From: Elusimicrobiota bacterium
GTDB taxonomy: Bacteria; CG03; SLGR01; JBDRKX01
Length of the DNA: 34,659 nucleotides
Direction of reading: 5' to 3'
Assembly (NCBI GenBank): GCA_043813605.1
Contig: JBDRKX010000127.1
Coordinates: 1 to 34,659 of the forward strand
Position 1 is the stretch's first letter. Each line of letters starts with the position of its first letter. Shown here piece by piece: positions 1-7,777 of the stretch. Below the pieces are notes generated by a model, which saw only the letters and a program-made list of their open reading frames with translations, was not told the DNA's origin and searched no databases. Both the position numbers and the translations under genes were made by a program.

Positions 1-15
1 TAACTGAAAGAATGT

Positions 16-44
16 TTGATTTTATTATCGGGATTTAGTATATT
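16..44 (+). promoter_or_regulatory. Putative sigma70-type promoter for the BMC locus (predicts a leaderless start at the ATG at 51)
   Basis: TTGATT (16-21), 17-bp spacer, TATATT (39-44). The expected +1 (about 50-52) coincides with the ATG at 51, which has no Shine-Dalgarno (SD). Confidence 0.55.
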
Positions 45-50
45 TAAAAA

Positions 51-941
51 ATGGGAATCTTGAAATATGTTGACATATTGTCAGCAGTAAGAGATGGAAG
101 AAAAACTGTTTCGTTATCATCTGATACGATTATCACACCGTTAGCCCGGGAGACGGCAGATAGCAAGGGAATAGAGATTATGGAGGGATTTATGAGAAAA
201 CCGCTTATTGCAGGGAACTGGAAGATGAATATGACTATAGAACAGTCTGTTTCTATGGTAGAAGTATTAAAGGAGAAAGTAAAGGACGTGACGGAAGCAG
301 AAATAATGGTTGCGCCTCCGTATACCGCACTTTCTGCTGTCGCACAGGCAGTAAAAGACAGTAATATACAGCTTGGTGCACAGAACCTCCATTTTGAGAA
401 AAGTGGTGCTTATACGGGTGAAATATCAGCGGGTATGCTCAGTGATATTGGCTGCAGATGGGTAATAATAGGCCATTCTGAAAGACGCCAGTATTTCGGA
501 TGTACGGATGAAATAGTGAATAGGAAACTAAAGGCAGCAGTGAGCGGGGGATTAAAACCTGTTGTCTGTATCGGTGAAACGCTTGAAGAGCGGGAAACGG
601 GAAAAACGTTTGATATCCTAAAAAAACAGCTGGACGGAAGTCTAGATGATCTTAATGAAACTGAACGGGATGTTCTGACAATAGCCTATGAGCCGGTCTG
701 GGCAATAGGAACAGGAAAAACAGCTACATCTGAACAGGCTGAAGAAGCTCACAGTTTTATCCGTAAAAGGCTCTCCGAGATGTACGGCCGGGAATTCTCG
801 GAATCAGTCAGGATATTATACGGCGGCAGTGTTAAGGCGGAAAATATATCGGAACTGATGAAACAGAATAATATTGATGGGGGTCTTGTAGGCGGAGCCA
901 GCCTGGATCCTGATTCGTTCGCAAGTATTTTAAAATTCTAA
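51..941 (+). CDS. tpiA: Triosephosphate isomerase with a 47-aa N-terminal EutQ-N-like extension (alternative start at 192)
   Basis: TIM motifs GNWKMN, GHSERR, AYEPVWAIGTG, YGGSV, LVGGASL. The canonical start M48 (192) follows GGAGG at 182-186. Confidence 0.96.
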   Translation: MGILKYVDILSAVRDGRKTVSLSSDTIITPLARETADSKGIEIMEGFMRKPLIAGNWKMNMTIEQSVSMVEVLKEKVKDVTEAEIMVAPPYTALSAVAQAVKDSNIQLGAQNLHFEKSGAYTGEISAGMLSDIGCRWVIIGHSERRQYFGCTDEIVNRKLKAAVSGGLKPVVCIGETLEERETGKTFDILKKQLDGSLDDLNETERDVLTIAYEPVWAIGTGKTATSEQAEEAHSFIRKRLSEMYGREFSESVRILYGGSVKAENISELMKQNNIDGGLVGGASLDPDSFASILKF

Positions 942-954
942 TTCAAAAGAATTA

Positions 955-1572
955 ATGGACAATTCAAAAATAATCGGCGAAGTCCTACTCAGGCTCGAAC
1001 GGTCAAAGAAACCTGTTGTATGTAATGTATCTAACCGCCATGTCCACCTAAAAAAGGAAGATGTAGAAAAACTTTTCGGTCAGTCTTATACCTTAAGAAA
1101 ACTCAGAGACCTTATGCAGCCCGGGGAATATGCGGCTCATGAGACAGTCGATATCGCCGGGCCGAAAAGCATGATAAAAAGAGTAAGGGTACTCGGTCCC
1201 TCAAGGCGGGCTTCTCAGGTGGAAATATCAAAGACAGATTGTTACAAACTTGGAATAAAAGCACCGGTAAGGATATCGGGTAACATAGCAGGTACTCCGG
1301 GTTGCAGGATGATCGGGCCTGCCGGGTCCATAGAACTTGCTGAGGGAGTAATAGTTTCCCAAAGGCATGTTCACATGGCGCCGCAGGATGCATCCTGTTT
1401 TAAAGTGACGGATGGTCAGACTGTAAGGATCAGGACACGGCCTCCCCGGTCTGTTATCTTTGAAGATGTCGCTGTAAGAGTCAGTGACGGTTATTGCCTG
1501 GAGTTCCATGTAGATACTGATGAGGCAAATGCATGTGATCTTGTAAACGGAGAAGAAGTTTTTTTAAGCTAG
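955..1572 (+). CDS. pduL: PduL-type phosphate acyltransferase (PTAC) with putative N-terminal encapsulation peptide
   Basis: Twin SNRHVHL / QRHVHM metal motifs, QVEIS, EFHVDTDEANA. Amphipathic N-terminus SKIIGEVLLRLE. Confidence 0.93.
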   Translation: MDNSKIIGEVLLRLERSKKPVVCNVSNRHVHLKKEDVEKLFGQSYTLRKLRDLMQPGEYAAHETVDIAGPKSMIKRVRVLGPSRRASQVEISKTDCYKLGIKAPVRISGNIAGTPGCRMIGPAGSIELAEGVIVSQRHVHMAPQDASCFKVTDGQTVRIRTRPPRSVIFEDVAVRVSDGYCLEFHVDTDEANACDLVNGEEVFLS

Positions 1573-1580
1573 ATTAAGAG

Positions 1581-1710
1581 AGTTTTAAGCCGTAAGTTGT
1601 TGGCTGTAAGAAATACGATGTTTTAAATTGAATAAGTGATTCTACGAAATTAATGATTATGAAATTTGATTTACTATGCCTATTGCTTAAAGCTTATGGC
1701 TTAAAGCTTG
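1581..1710. repeat. Intergenic inverted heptamer-repeat element, copy 1
   Basis: Left arm TTTTAAG-CCGTAAG-TTGTTGG-CTGTAAG (1583-1610), AT-rich spacer, right arm CTTAAAG-CTTATGG-CTTAAAG (1686-1706). Confidence 0.75.
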
Positions 1711-1727
1711 AACAAAAGGAGTAAATT

Positions 1728-2012
1728 ATGGAAGCATTAGGAATGATTGAGACAAAAGGGCTGATCGCCATGATAGAAGCCGGGGACGCTATGGTTAAGG
1801 CTGCCAATGTCCAAATTGCGGGTTATGAGAAGATAGGCAGCGGTTATGTTACTGTACTTGTGAGAGGAGAGGTAGCGGCATGCAAGGCGGCATGTGAAGC
1901 TGGTGCGGCTGCGGCACAGAGAGTGGGAGAACTGGTGGCTGTACATGTTATACCGCAGCCTCACGCTGATCTTGAAGGGAAACTTCCCATATCTGAGGGG
2001 TTCTTTAAATAA
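1728..2012 (+). CDS. BMC-H hexameric shell protein (EutM/PduA family)
   Basis: [10 protein letters not shown]...DAMVKAANV...EKIGSG...[15 protein letters not shown] upstream. Confidence 0.96.
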   Translation: MEALGMIETKGLIAMIEAGDAMVKAANVQIAGYEKIGSGYVTVLVRGEVAACKAACEAGAAAAQRVGELVAVHVIPQPHADLEGKLPISEGFFK

Positions 2013-2020
2013 AAATCGCA

Positions 2021-2293
2021 ATGGAAGCACTCGGTATGATAGAGACGCGCAGTCTTAGCGCAATGATTGAGGCTGCAGATACAATGATGAAGACGGCCAA
2101 TGTGAAGTTCTCCGGGTTCCAAAAAACCGGTGCAGGTATAGTCACTGTGTCTGTCAGGGGTTCGGTGGCCGATTGCCGATTGGCAGTCGATGCCGGTGTC
2201 GCTTCGGCCGGCCGGGTAGCTGAAGTATTGAGAGGCCATGTTATACCGTATCCTGCCTCAGATATTGAAGACATATTACCTGTGCGGATATGA
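2021..2293 (+). CDS. BMC-H shell protein (divergent)
   Basis: [10 protein letters not shown]...AADTMMKTANV...GHVIPYP; single BMC domain. Confidence 0.92.
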   Translation: MEALGMIETRSLSAMIEAADTMMKTANVKFSGFQKTGAGIVTVSVRGSVADCRLAVDAGVASAGRVAEVLRGHVIPYPASDIEDILPVRI

Positions 2294-2398
2294 GGAACAC
2301 TGTGTATGTATTGTATCGAAACCGTAGAGTGAAACAGAGGCAGGTGTTAAAAACAGGATGACAGCAGTTGATGTTTCAGGTGAAAAAGGAATAGATAT

Positions 2399-2695
2399 AT
2401 GGAATTCGGAATAATTACAGGAACCGTTGTATGTACTGCAAAGGATGCCGGGATATCCGGTGCTAAACTTCTGATGGTACAGCCAGTAGATGATGAGCTG
2501 AAAGCTGCCTCAACGCCGCTTGTCGGAATAGATTCTGTCGGTGCCGGGGAAGGGGAACTTGTACTTTTTGTAAAAGGCTCATCAGCCAGGATGACTGAAG
2601 CGACGGATAACCGTCCGGTGGATTGTACGATCATAGCTATAGTCGATAATATTGAAAAAAATGGGAAGACGATATTTACGAAATACGGTGATTGA
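2399..2695 (+). CDS. BMC-P pentameric vertex protein (EutN/CcmL family)
   Basis: GIITGTVVCT-K...KLLMV...DSVGAGEGELV...GSSAR...DCTIIAIVD. Confidence 0.95.
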   Translation: MEFGIITGTVVCTAKDAGISGAKLLMVQPVDDELKAASTPLVGIDSVGAGEGELVLFVKGSSARMTEATDNRPVDCTIIAIVDNIEKNGKTIFTKYGD

Positions 2696-2744
2696 TACCG
2701 GGTAACGGGATAGTCTGTTAAAAGCCGGTTGCAGCGGAGGATTC

Positions 2745-4163
2745 ATGGAAATAGATGCGAAACATATAGAACAGATAGTGAGGGAAGTAGTGGGGCGCAT
2801 GGAGGAGCAGGAGGATTCTTGTTCGCCGGATTTATCTGACGGCAGCGTATTTTTCGATACAATGGAAGAAGCAGTTAGAGCTGCCGGAAAATCCCAGAAA
2901 AGTCTGGTTTCCATGAGCCTTTCCAAAAGGCAGGACCTGATATGTGCAATGAGAGAAGCGTCCAGAAGGGAAGCAGAAAGCCTCGCAATATCAGCACGGG
3001 AAGAAACAGGTATGGGGAGAACTGAGGATAAGGTACTGAAAAACCTGCTTGCTGCTGATAAAACACCCGGTATTGAGGACCTTCAGCCGGTTGCATACAG
3101 CGGTGACCGCGGTCTTACACTCGTAGAAAGAGCGCCATATGGCGTAATAGGGGCCGTAACGCCTTCAACTAATCCATCTTCTACGGTCATAAACAATGCG
3201 ATATCTATAATTGCAGCAGGTAATTCCGTGGTGTTTGCTCCTCATCCGGCTGCCAGCGGGGTTTCAAAGGCGACTATAAGCATACTTTCAGAAGCTATAG
3301 TATCAGCCGGTGGACCCAGATCTTTGATCACTGCTATGAAGACGCCTAGCCTCGAAGGAGCCAGGGTGCTTTTCAGTCATGATGATATAAAGCTCCTTCT
3401 TGTTACTGGCGGCCCGGCTGTGGTAAGAGCCGCAATGGAGAGCAACAAACGTGTGATAGCCGCTGGCCCGGGAAATCCTCCTGTCGTCATTGATGATACG
3501 GCAGAGCCGGAAAAGACTGTGGATTCAATAATAAAAGGTGCGAGTTTCGACAACGGCGTTCTGTGTACGTCTGAAAAGGAAGTCCTTATGACTGAAGGCG
3601 CCAGCAAAAATATCCTGAAAAGGATGAGAGCAGACAACCGGGCATACGAACTCACGCGTGACGAGATGGACAGGTTAGCGGCGCTAGTGATAAAAAAGAG
3701 CGGCCGCGGCGGCGAGCCGGTCATTGAAAGAGAATTTATAGGCAGGGCCGCAAGTGTCATTGCTGAAGCTATAGGAGTAAACGTCCCGGCGGATACCAGG
3801 CTGCTCTGGGGGCTTGTGGATGAAGAGCATGATTTTATGTGGACAGAGCAGTTGATGCCTGTACTGCCTTTTGCAGTTACAGGAGATATTGAAAGGACAA
3901 TAGATCTCGCTGTCAGTATGGAAGGCGGCAACGGGCATACGGCAGTGATGCATTCACTGAATGTAGATAACCTTACGAGGATGGCGCGGAGATGCGCCTG
4001 TTCTATCTTCGTGAAGAACGGCGCGTCATATATGGGGCTGGGTATGGGTGAAGGGTATGCTGCGCTGTCTATCGCTACTCCGACAGGAGACGGGCTGGTA
4101 AAAGCTTTAAGTTTCACCAGGCCTTTAAGGTGTGTGCTTGTAGATTATTTCAGGATCACATAA
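2745..4163 (+). CDS. CoA-acylating aldehyde dehydrogenase (EutE/PduP family) with N-terminal encapsulation peptide
   Basis: PYGVIGAVTPSTNP, VTGG, AGPGNPP, catalytic Cys in FDNGVLCTSEKE, EQLMP. N-terminal helix IEQIVREVVGRM. Confidence 0.95.
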   Translation: MEIDAKHIEQIVREVVGRMEEQEDSCSPDLSDGSVFFDTMEEAVRAAGKSQKSLVSMSLSKRQDLICAMREASRREAESLAISAREETGMGRTEDKVLKNLLAADKTPGIEDLQPVAYSGDRGLTLVERAPYGVIGAVTPSTNPSSTVINNAISIIAAGNSVVFAPHPAASGVSKATISILSEAIVSAGGPRSLITAMKTPSLEGARVLFSHDDIKLLLVTGGPAVVRAAMESNKRVIAAGPGNPPVVIDDTAEPEKTVDSIIKGASFDNGVLCTSEKEVLMTEGASKNILKRMRADNRAYELTRDEMDRLAALVIKKSGRGGEPVIEREFIGRAASVIAEAIGVNVPADTRLLWGLVDEEHDFMWTEQLMPVLPFAVTGDIERTIDLAVSMEGGNGHTAVMHSLNVDNLTRMARRCACSIFVKNGASYMGLGMGEGYAALSIATPTGDGLVKALSFTRPLRCVLVDYFRIT

Positions 4164-4170
4164 AAAAAAG

Positions 4171-4386
4171 CTGTAAGCTATAAGTTGTAAGAAAATTGAT
4201 AGCATGCATTAATATTTATTGGTTAGAATATGAAATGAAAAAATCAAATGAAAATGGAAAATGAAAATTTAATAATGATAACAGAAAAACTAATTATTAC
4301 AAATCATATTAATAAATTTTTTGTCAATAACAGGATGTATTTAAAATGAGCGAATGCTTAAAGCTTACGGCTTAAAACTTATAGCT
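4171..4386. repeat. Intergenic inverted heptamer-repeat element, copy 2
   Basis: Left arm CTGTAAG-CTATAAG-TTGTAAG (4171-4191), very AT-rich spacer of about 165 bp, right arm CTTAAAG-CTTACGG-CTTAAAA-CTTATAG (4357-4384). Confidence 0.8.
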
Positions 4387-4390
4387 GACA

Positions 4391-5710
4391 ATGAATAGAG
4401 AAGAAATTATTGATGCTGTAAGAGAAGCCGGGATAGTCGGCGCCGGCGGAGGCGGATTCCCGACTCATGTAAAACTTTTGTCGGAAGTTGACGTGGTAAT
4501 AGCTAACGGTGCGGAATGCGAACCGCTCCTTTCGTCGGATAGGTATCTTATGGAGACTGAAGCCGGCAGTATCGTAGAGGCATTACGCATCGTCAGGGAG
4601 ATCACGGGTGCAGGGAAAGCCTGTATTGCTATAAAGAAAAAATATCAGACTGCAATAGAAGAATTGAATAAAATCATAGGAATCAGTTCTGAAATAGAGC
4701 TGTTCCTTCTGGATGATTATTATCCGGCGGGAGATGAGCTGGAGCTTGTCTATGATATTGCGGGAGAGGCGGTGCCGGAAGGCGGTATACCTTTGGACAG
4801 AAAAGTGCTTGTCATTAATGTAAACACATTGTTCAATATAAGCAGTGCAGTAAAAAGTTCCGGGCCTGTTGTGAAAAGATGGGTTACCGTAGCAGGAGAA
4901 CTGGAAGAACCGTATATCGCGCAGGTACCCATAGGTATAAGTGCCGGGCAATTGATAGACAATGCAAAACCAAGGATAAGGGATTATTCCATATTGGCCG
5001 GCGGAGTTATGATGGGGAAGTTAGTGGATAAGGATTTCAGGATAACAAAGGTTTCCGGAGGTATAATAGTGCTTCCTGATGATAACCCGGCAGTTACCAA
5101 ACGCAGTATAGATACAAGCATACAGGAGAAGCGTGCAAAATCCGTGTGTGATCAGTGTTTTGATTGTACGATATTATGCCCGCGTAATCTGCTGGGGCAT
5201 GATATTTCTCCGCACCTGATAATGAGAAATCTTTTCCTGTCGGGCCCGGTCGGAGTGCATCTTACAAATGCTTATCTTTGTTCCGAATGCGGCCTGTGCG
5301 ACATGTATGCGTGTCCCATGGATCTGTCACCCAGAAGAATGCTGACAAGGACTAAGGAAAAACTTAAAGAAAATAATATCATAAATCCCCATAATAACAG
5401 TGTTGCCGAAATCCACGGAGAAAGGGATTTTAGGAGAGTGCCCCAGAAACGCCTTATGGAAAGACTCGCTATATCCGGATACGACCGTAATAACTATCCG
5501 GTAAAAGAGATCATTGCCACAGAGGTCGCTATACCCCTGCTTCAGCATGCGGGACTGGCAGCTGTCCCGGTCGTAAAAAAGGGAGAAAAAGTAAAAACAG
5601 GCGATCTTATCGCTGATATTCCCGAGGGGAAACTCGGAGCAAGAGTGCACGCCAGCATAAACGGAAAGATCACTGAAGTTGAAAGTAATTGTATATCAAT
5701 AAGAGCTTAA
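4391..5710 (+). CDS. pduS: PduS/RnfC-like flavin and 2x[4Fe-4S] oxidoreductase
   Basis: AGIVGAGGGGFPTHVK, NGAECEP, YPAGDE, CDQCFDCTILCP and CSECGLCDMYACP, C-terminal QHAG...VHASING. Adjacent to a pduT-like gene. Confidence 0.88.
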   Translation: MNREEIIDAVREAGIVGAGGGGFPTHVKLLSEVDVVIANGAECEPLLSSDRYLMETEAGSIVEALRIVREITGAGKACIAIKKKYQTAIEELNKIIGISSEIELFLLDDYYPAGDELELVYDIAGEAVPEGGIPLDRKVLVINVNTLFNISSAVKSSGPVVKRWVTVAGELEEPYIAQVPIGISAGQLIDNAKPRIRDYSILAGGVMMGKLVDKDFRITKVSGGIIVLPDDNPAVTKRSIDTSIQEKRAKSVCDQCFDCTILCPRNLLGHDISPHLIMRNLFLSGPVGVHLTNAYLCSECGLCDMYACPMDLSPRRMLTRTKEKLKENNIINPHNNSVAEIHGERDFRRVPQKRLMERLAISGYDRNNYPVKEIIATEVAIPLLQHAGLAAVPVVKKGEKVKTGDLIADIPEGKLGARVHASINGKITEVESNCISIRA

Positions 5711-5723
5711 TAAGGGAATTAAA

Positions 5724-6272
5724 ATGAGAAATGCAATAGGATTAATCGAATTGAACAGTGTGGCTAAAGGGTTTGAAGTCGCCGATAATATGAAGAAAAC
5801 TTCAGAGTGTGAGCTGGTTGAAGCTCATTCAGTATGTCCCGGGAAATTCATTGTTCTTATAACCGGGACCACGGCTGATGTAGAAAGTTCAGTAAAAAGC
5901 GGAGTTGAGATCGCAGAGGATGCTTTTATTGATAAGCTTCTCATACCCAATATTCATCCTCAGCTCATTCCTGCAATAAGAGGTGTCAGTAATGTTTCAG
6001 AGCTCGATGCATTAGGTGTTATTGAGACTTTTTCAGCGGCTTCATGTATTCTGGCTGCTGATGCGGCGGCAAAAAAAGCGGATATTAAACTCATTGATAT
6101 AAGACTTGCCAATGCACTGGGTGGAAAAGCCTATGTAACGTTTACCGGAGATGTGGGTTCTGTCAGGTCTTCGGTGAACGCCGGTTGCAATGCTATTAAA
6201 GAATCAGGCTTGCTTGTCAGAAGGGTCGTAATACCGCAGCCGCATAAGGATCTGAAAAGGAGCCTGTTTTGA
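5724..6272 (+). CDS. pduT: BMC-T tandem-domain shell protein, PduT-like
   Basis: Two BMC domains (AIGLIEL.. and ALGVIET..). Cys38 in SVCPGKF matches the PduT Fe-S ligand position. Confidence 0.9.
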   Translation: MRNAIGLIELNSVAKGFEVADNMKKTSECELVEAHSVCPGKFIVLITGTTADVESSVKSGVEIAEDAFIDKLLIPNIHPQLIPAIRGVSNVSELDALGVIETFSAASCILAADAAAKKADIKLIDIRLANALGGKAYVTFTGDVGSVRSSVNAGCNAIKESGLLVRRVVIPQPHKDLKRSLF

Positions 6273-6724
6273 CAAAAAGTATTGTTATCGGTTCGGATCA
6301 CGGCGGATTCGCGTTAAAGGAAGAGTTGAAAAAGATGCTCCAGAGACAAGGGTATGATGTAGCGGATTTCGGTACATATTCGGAAGATTCATGTGATTAC
6401 CCGGACTATGCGCTCCTAATAGGTGAAGCTGTATCTTCCGGACAATACGAAAAAGGGATACTTGTTGACGGGACAGGAGGAGGAGTATGTCTTGCGGCGA
6501 ACAAGATAAAGGGTATACGGGCCGTAACAGCTTATAACAGGCTTACAGGTGTTTATGCTTCGGAACATGATGACTGTAATGTGATTTGCCTGGGAGGCAA
6601 GATGATAGGAACGCTGGCGGCAATTGATATAGTGAAAGCATGGCTGGAAACACCGTTCGGCGGCGGCAGGCACGAGCGAAGACTTGAAAAGATCAGGGAT
6701 ATAGAAAAAAGGCAGAAAGTATGA
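6269..6724 (+). CDS. RpiB/LacA/LacB family sugar-phosphate isomerase (Asp in place of the catalytic Cys)
   Basis: GSDHGG, DYPD, ILVDGTGGG, ANKIKGIRA, FGGGRHERR. TTG start overlaps the pduT stop. Confidence 0.88.
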   Translation: MTKSIVIGSDHGGFALKEELKKMLQRQGYDVADFGTYSEDSCDYPDYALLIGEAVSSGQYEKGILVDGTGGGVCLAANKIKGIRAVTAYNRLTGVYASEHDDCNVICLGGKMIGTLAAIDIVKAWLETPFGGGRHERRLEKIRDIEKRQKV

Positions 6725-7164
6725 AAATAGCGATAGCGAGTGATCACAGGGGATACATACTCAAAGAAAAACTCAAAGGATTCCTGGAAAAGAAAGGATT
6801 CACTGTAATAGATAATGGCCCGGAGAACGGCGATTCTGTGGATTATCCGAAATATGCCCGACTGGTTGCCGGTGATTTGAAGAACAAGAAGGCATCCAGG
6901 GGCATTCTTATATGCGGCAGCGGTATAGGAGTATGCATTGCTGCCAACAAGTTCAAGGGTATAAGAGCGGCAACTGTAAGGGATATAAGAAGTGCCCGCA
7001 TGGCTGTAACGCATAATAACGCGAATGTCCTATGCATGGGTGCCGATTTTACAAGTTTTGAAAAAGCCTGCTCTATTGCCGAAGAATTCCTTAAAGGAAA
7101 ATTCGAAGGCGGCCGGCATCTGAGAAGGGTGAACCAGATAAAGGAGTTCGAGTCTTCAAGATGA
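6721..7164 (+). CDS. rpiB: Ribose-5-phosphate isomerase B
   Basis: ASDHRG, DYP, LICGSGIG (catalytic Cys65), HNNANVLC, FEGGRHLRR. Confidence 0.92.
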   Translation: MKIAIASDHRGYILKEKLKGFLEKKGFTVIDNGPENGDSVDYPKYARLVAGDLKNKKASRGILICGSGIGVCIAANKFKGIRAATVRDIRSARMAVTHNNANVLCMGADFTSFEKACSIAEEFLKGKFEGGRHLRRVNQIKEFESSR

Positions 7165-7472
7165 AAGCCGGAAGGGTCATTGGCAGAGTAGTTTCGACGT
7201 GTAAATATAAGAGCCTTGTTGGTAGGAAGATACTGCTGTTAAAACCCATGGAATGGGAAGAAGTGGCGGCAGTTTTTTCCGGCAAAAAGAAGTATTCAGA
7301 AACTTGTTCAAGGTCTGTCGTAGCGCTTGATGCTGTAGGGGCCGGATCGTCAGAATACGTATTCTATGTTTCGTCAAAAGAAGCATGCCAGGCTTTTCCC
7401 GATGATCCCATATGCCATAATGCGGTTATAGGCATTATAGACGGTATTAATATTGAGGAAGAATACTTATGA
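7161..7472 (+). CDS. BMC-P vertex protein
   Basis: GRVIGRVVSTCK...LDAVGAGSSE...AVIGIID, with an internal insertion. Confidence 0.88.
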   Translation: MKAGRVIGRVVSTCKYKSLVGRKILLLKPMEWEEVAAVFSGKKKYSETCSRSVVALDAVGAGSSEYVFYVSSKEACQAFPDDPICHNAVIGIIDGINIEEEYL

Positions 7473-7765
7473 TCATTGCTAAAGTCATCGGAAACGTATG
7501 GGCTACGGTCAAGCATGACAACCTTGCCGGCAAGAAACTGCTCCTTATACGTCAGGTAGACGGTATGGATAATACGTCTCTTGGGCCGGTACAGCTTGCT
7601 ATTGACCATGCAGTCGGGGCAGGTGCGGGAGATACAGTGCTGATTATCGATGAAGGATCTTCGTGCCGGCAGATTATAGGTACTAAAAAGGGCCCTACAA
7701 GAACGATAATTGCAGGTATTGTAGACAGGGTCGCAGCAAAGGGAAAAGAAAAAAAATATCATTGA
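7469..7765 (+). CDS. BMC-P vertex protein
   Basis: AKVIGNVWATVK...KLLL...AVGAGAGD...EGSSCR...IAGIVD. Confidence 0.93.
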   Translation: MIIAKVIGNVWATVKHDNLAGKKLLLIRQVDGMDNTSLGPVQLAIDHAVGAGAGDTVLIIDEGSSCRQIIGTKKGPTRTIIAGIVDRVAAKGKEKKYH

Positions 7766-7777
7766 GGAGGCATATAA

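Noticed and set aside
2290..2414. Two tiny chained ORFs (23 and 18 aa) overlapping by ATGA between BMC-H and BMC-P
   Set aside because: No recognisable motif, and the second runs out of frame into the BMC-P gene; consistent with chance.
4192..4356. AT-rich spacer as promoter, small ORF or foreign DNA
   Set aside because: Only ORFs under about 10 codons were seen, and the minus-strand TTGACA (4327-4322) lacks a properly spaced -10. Treated as the loop of repeat element 2.
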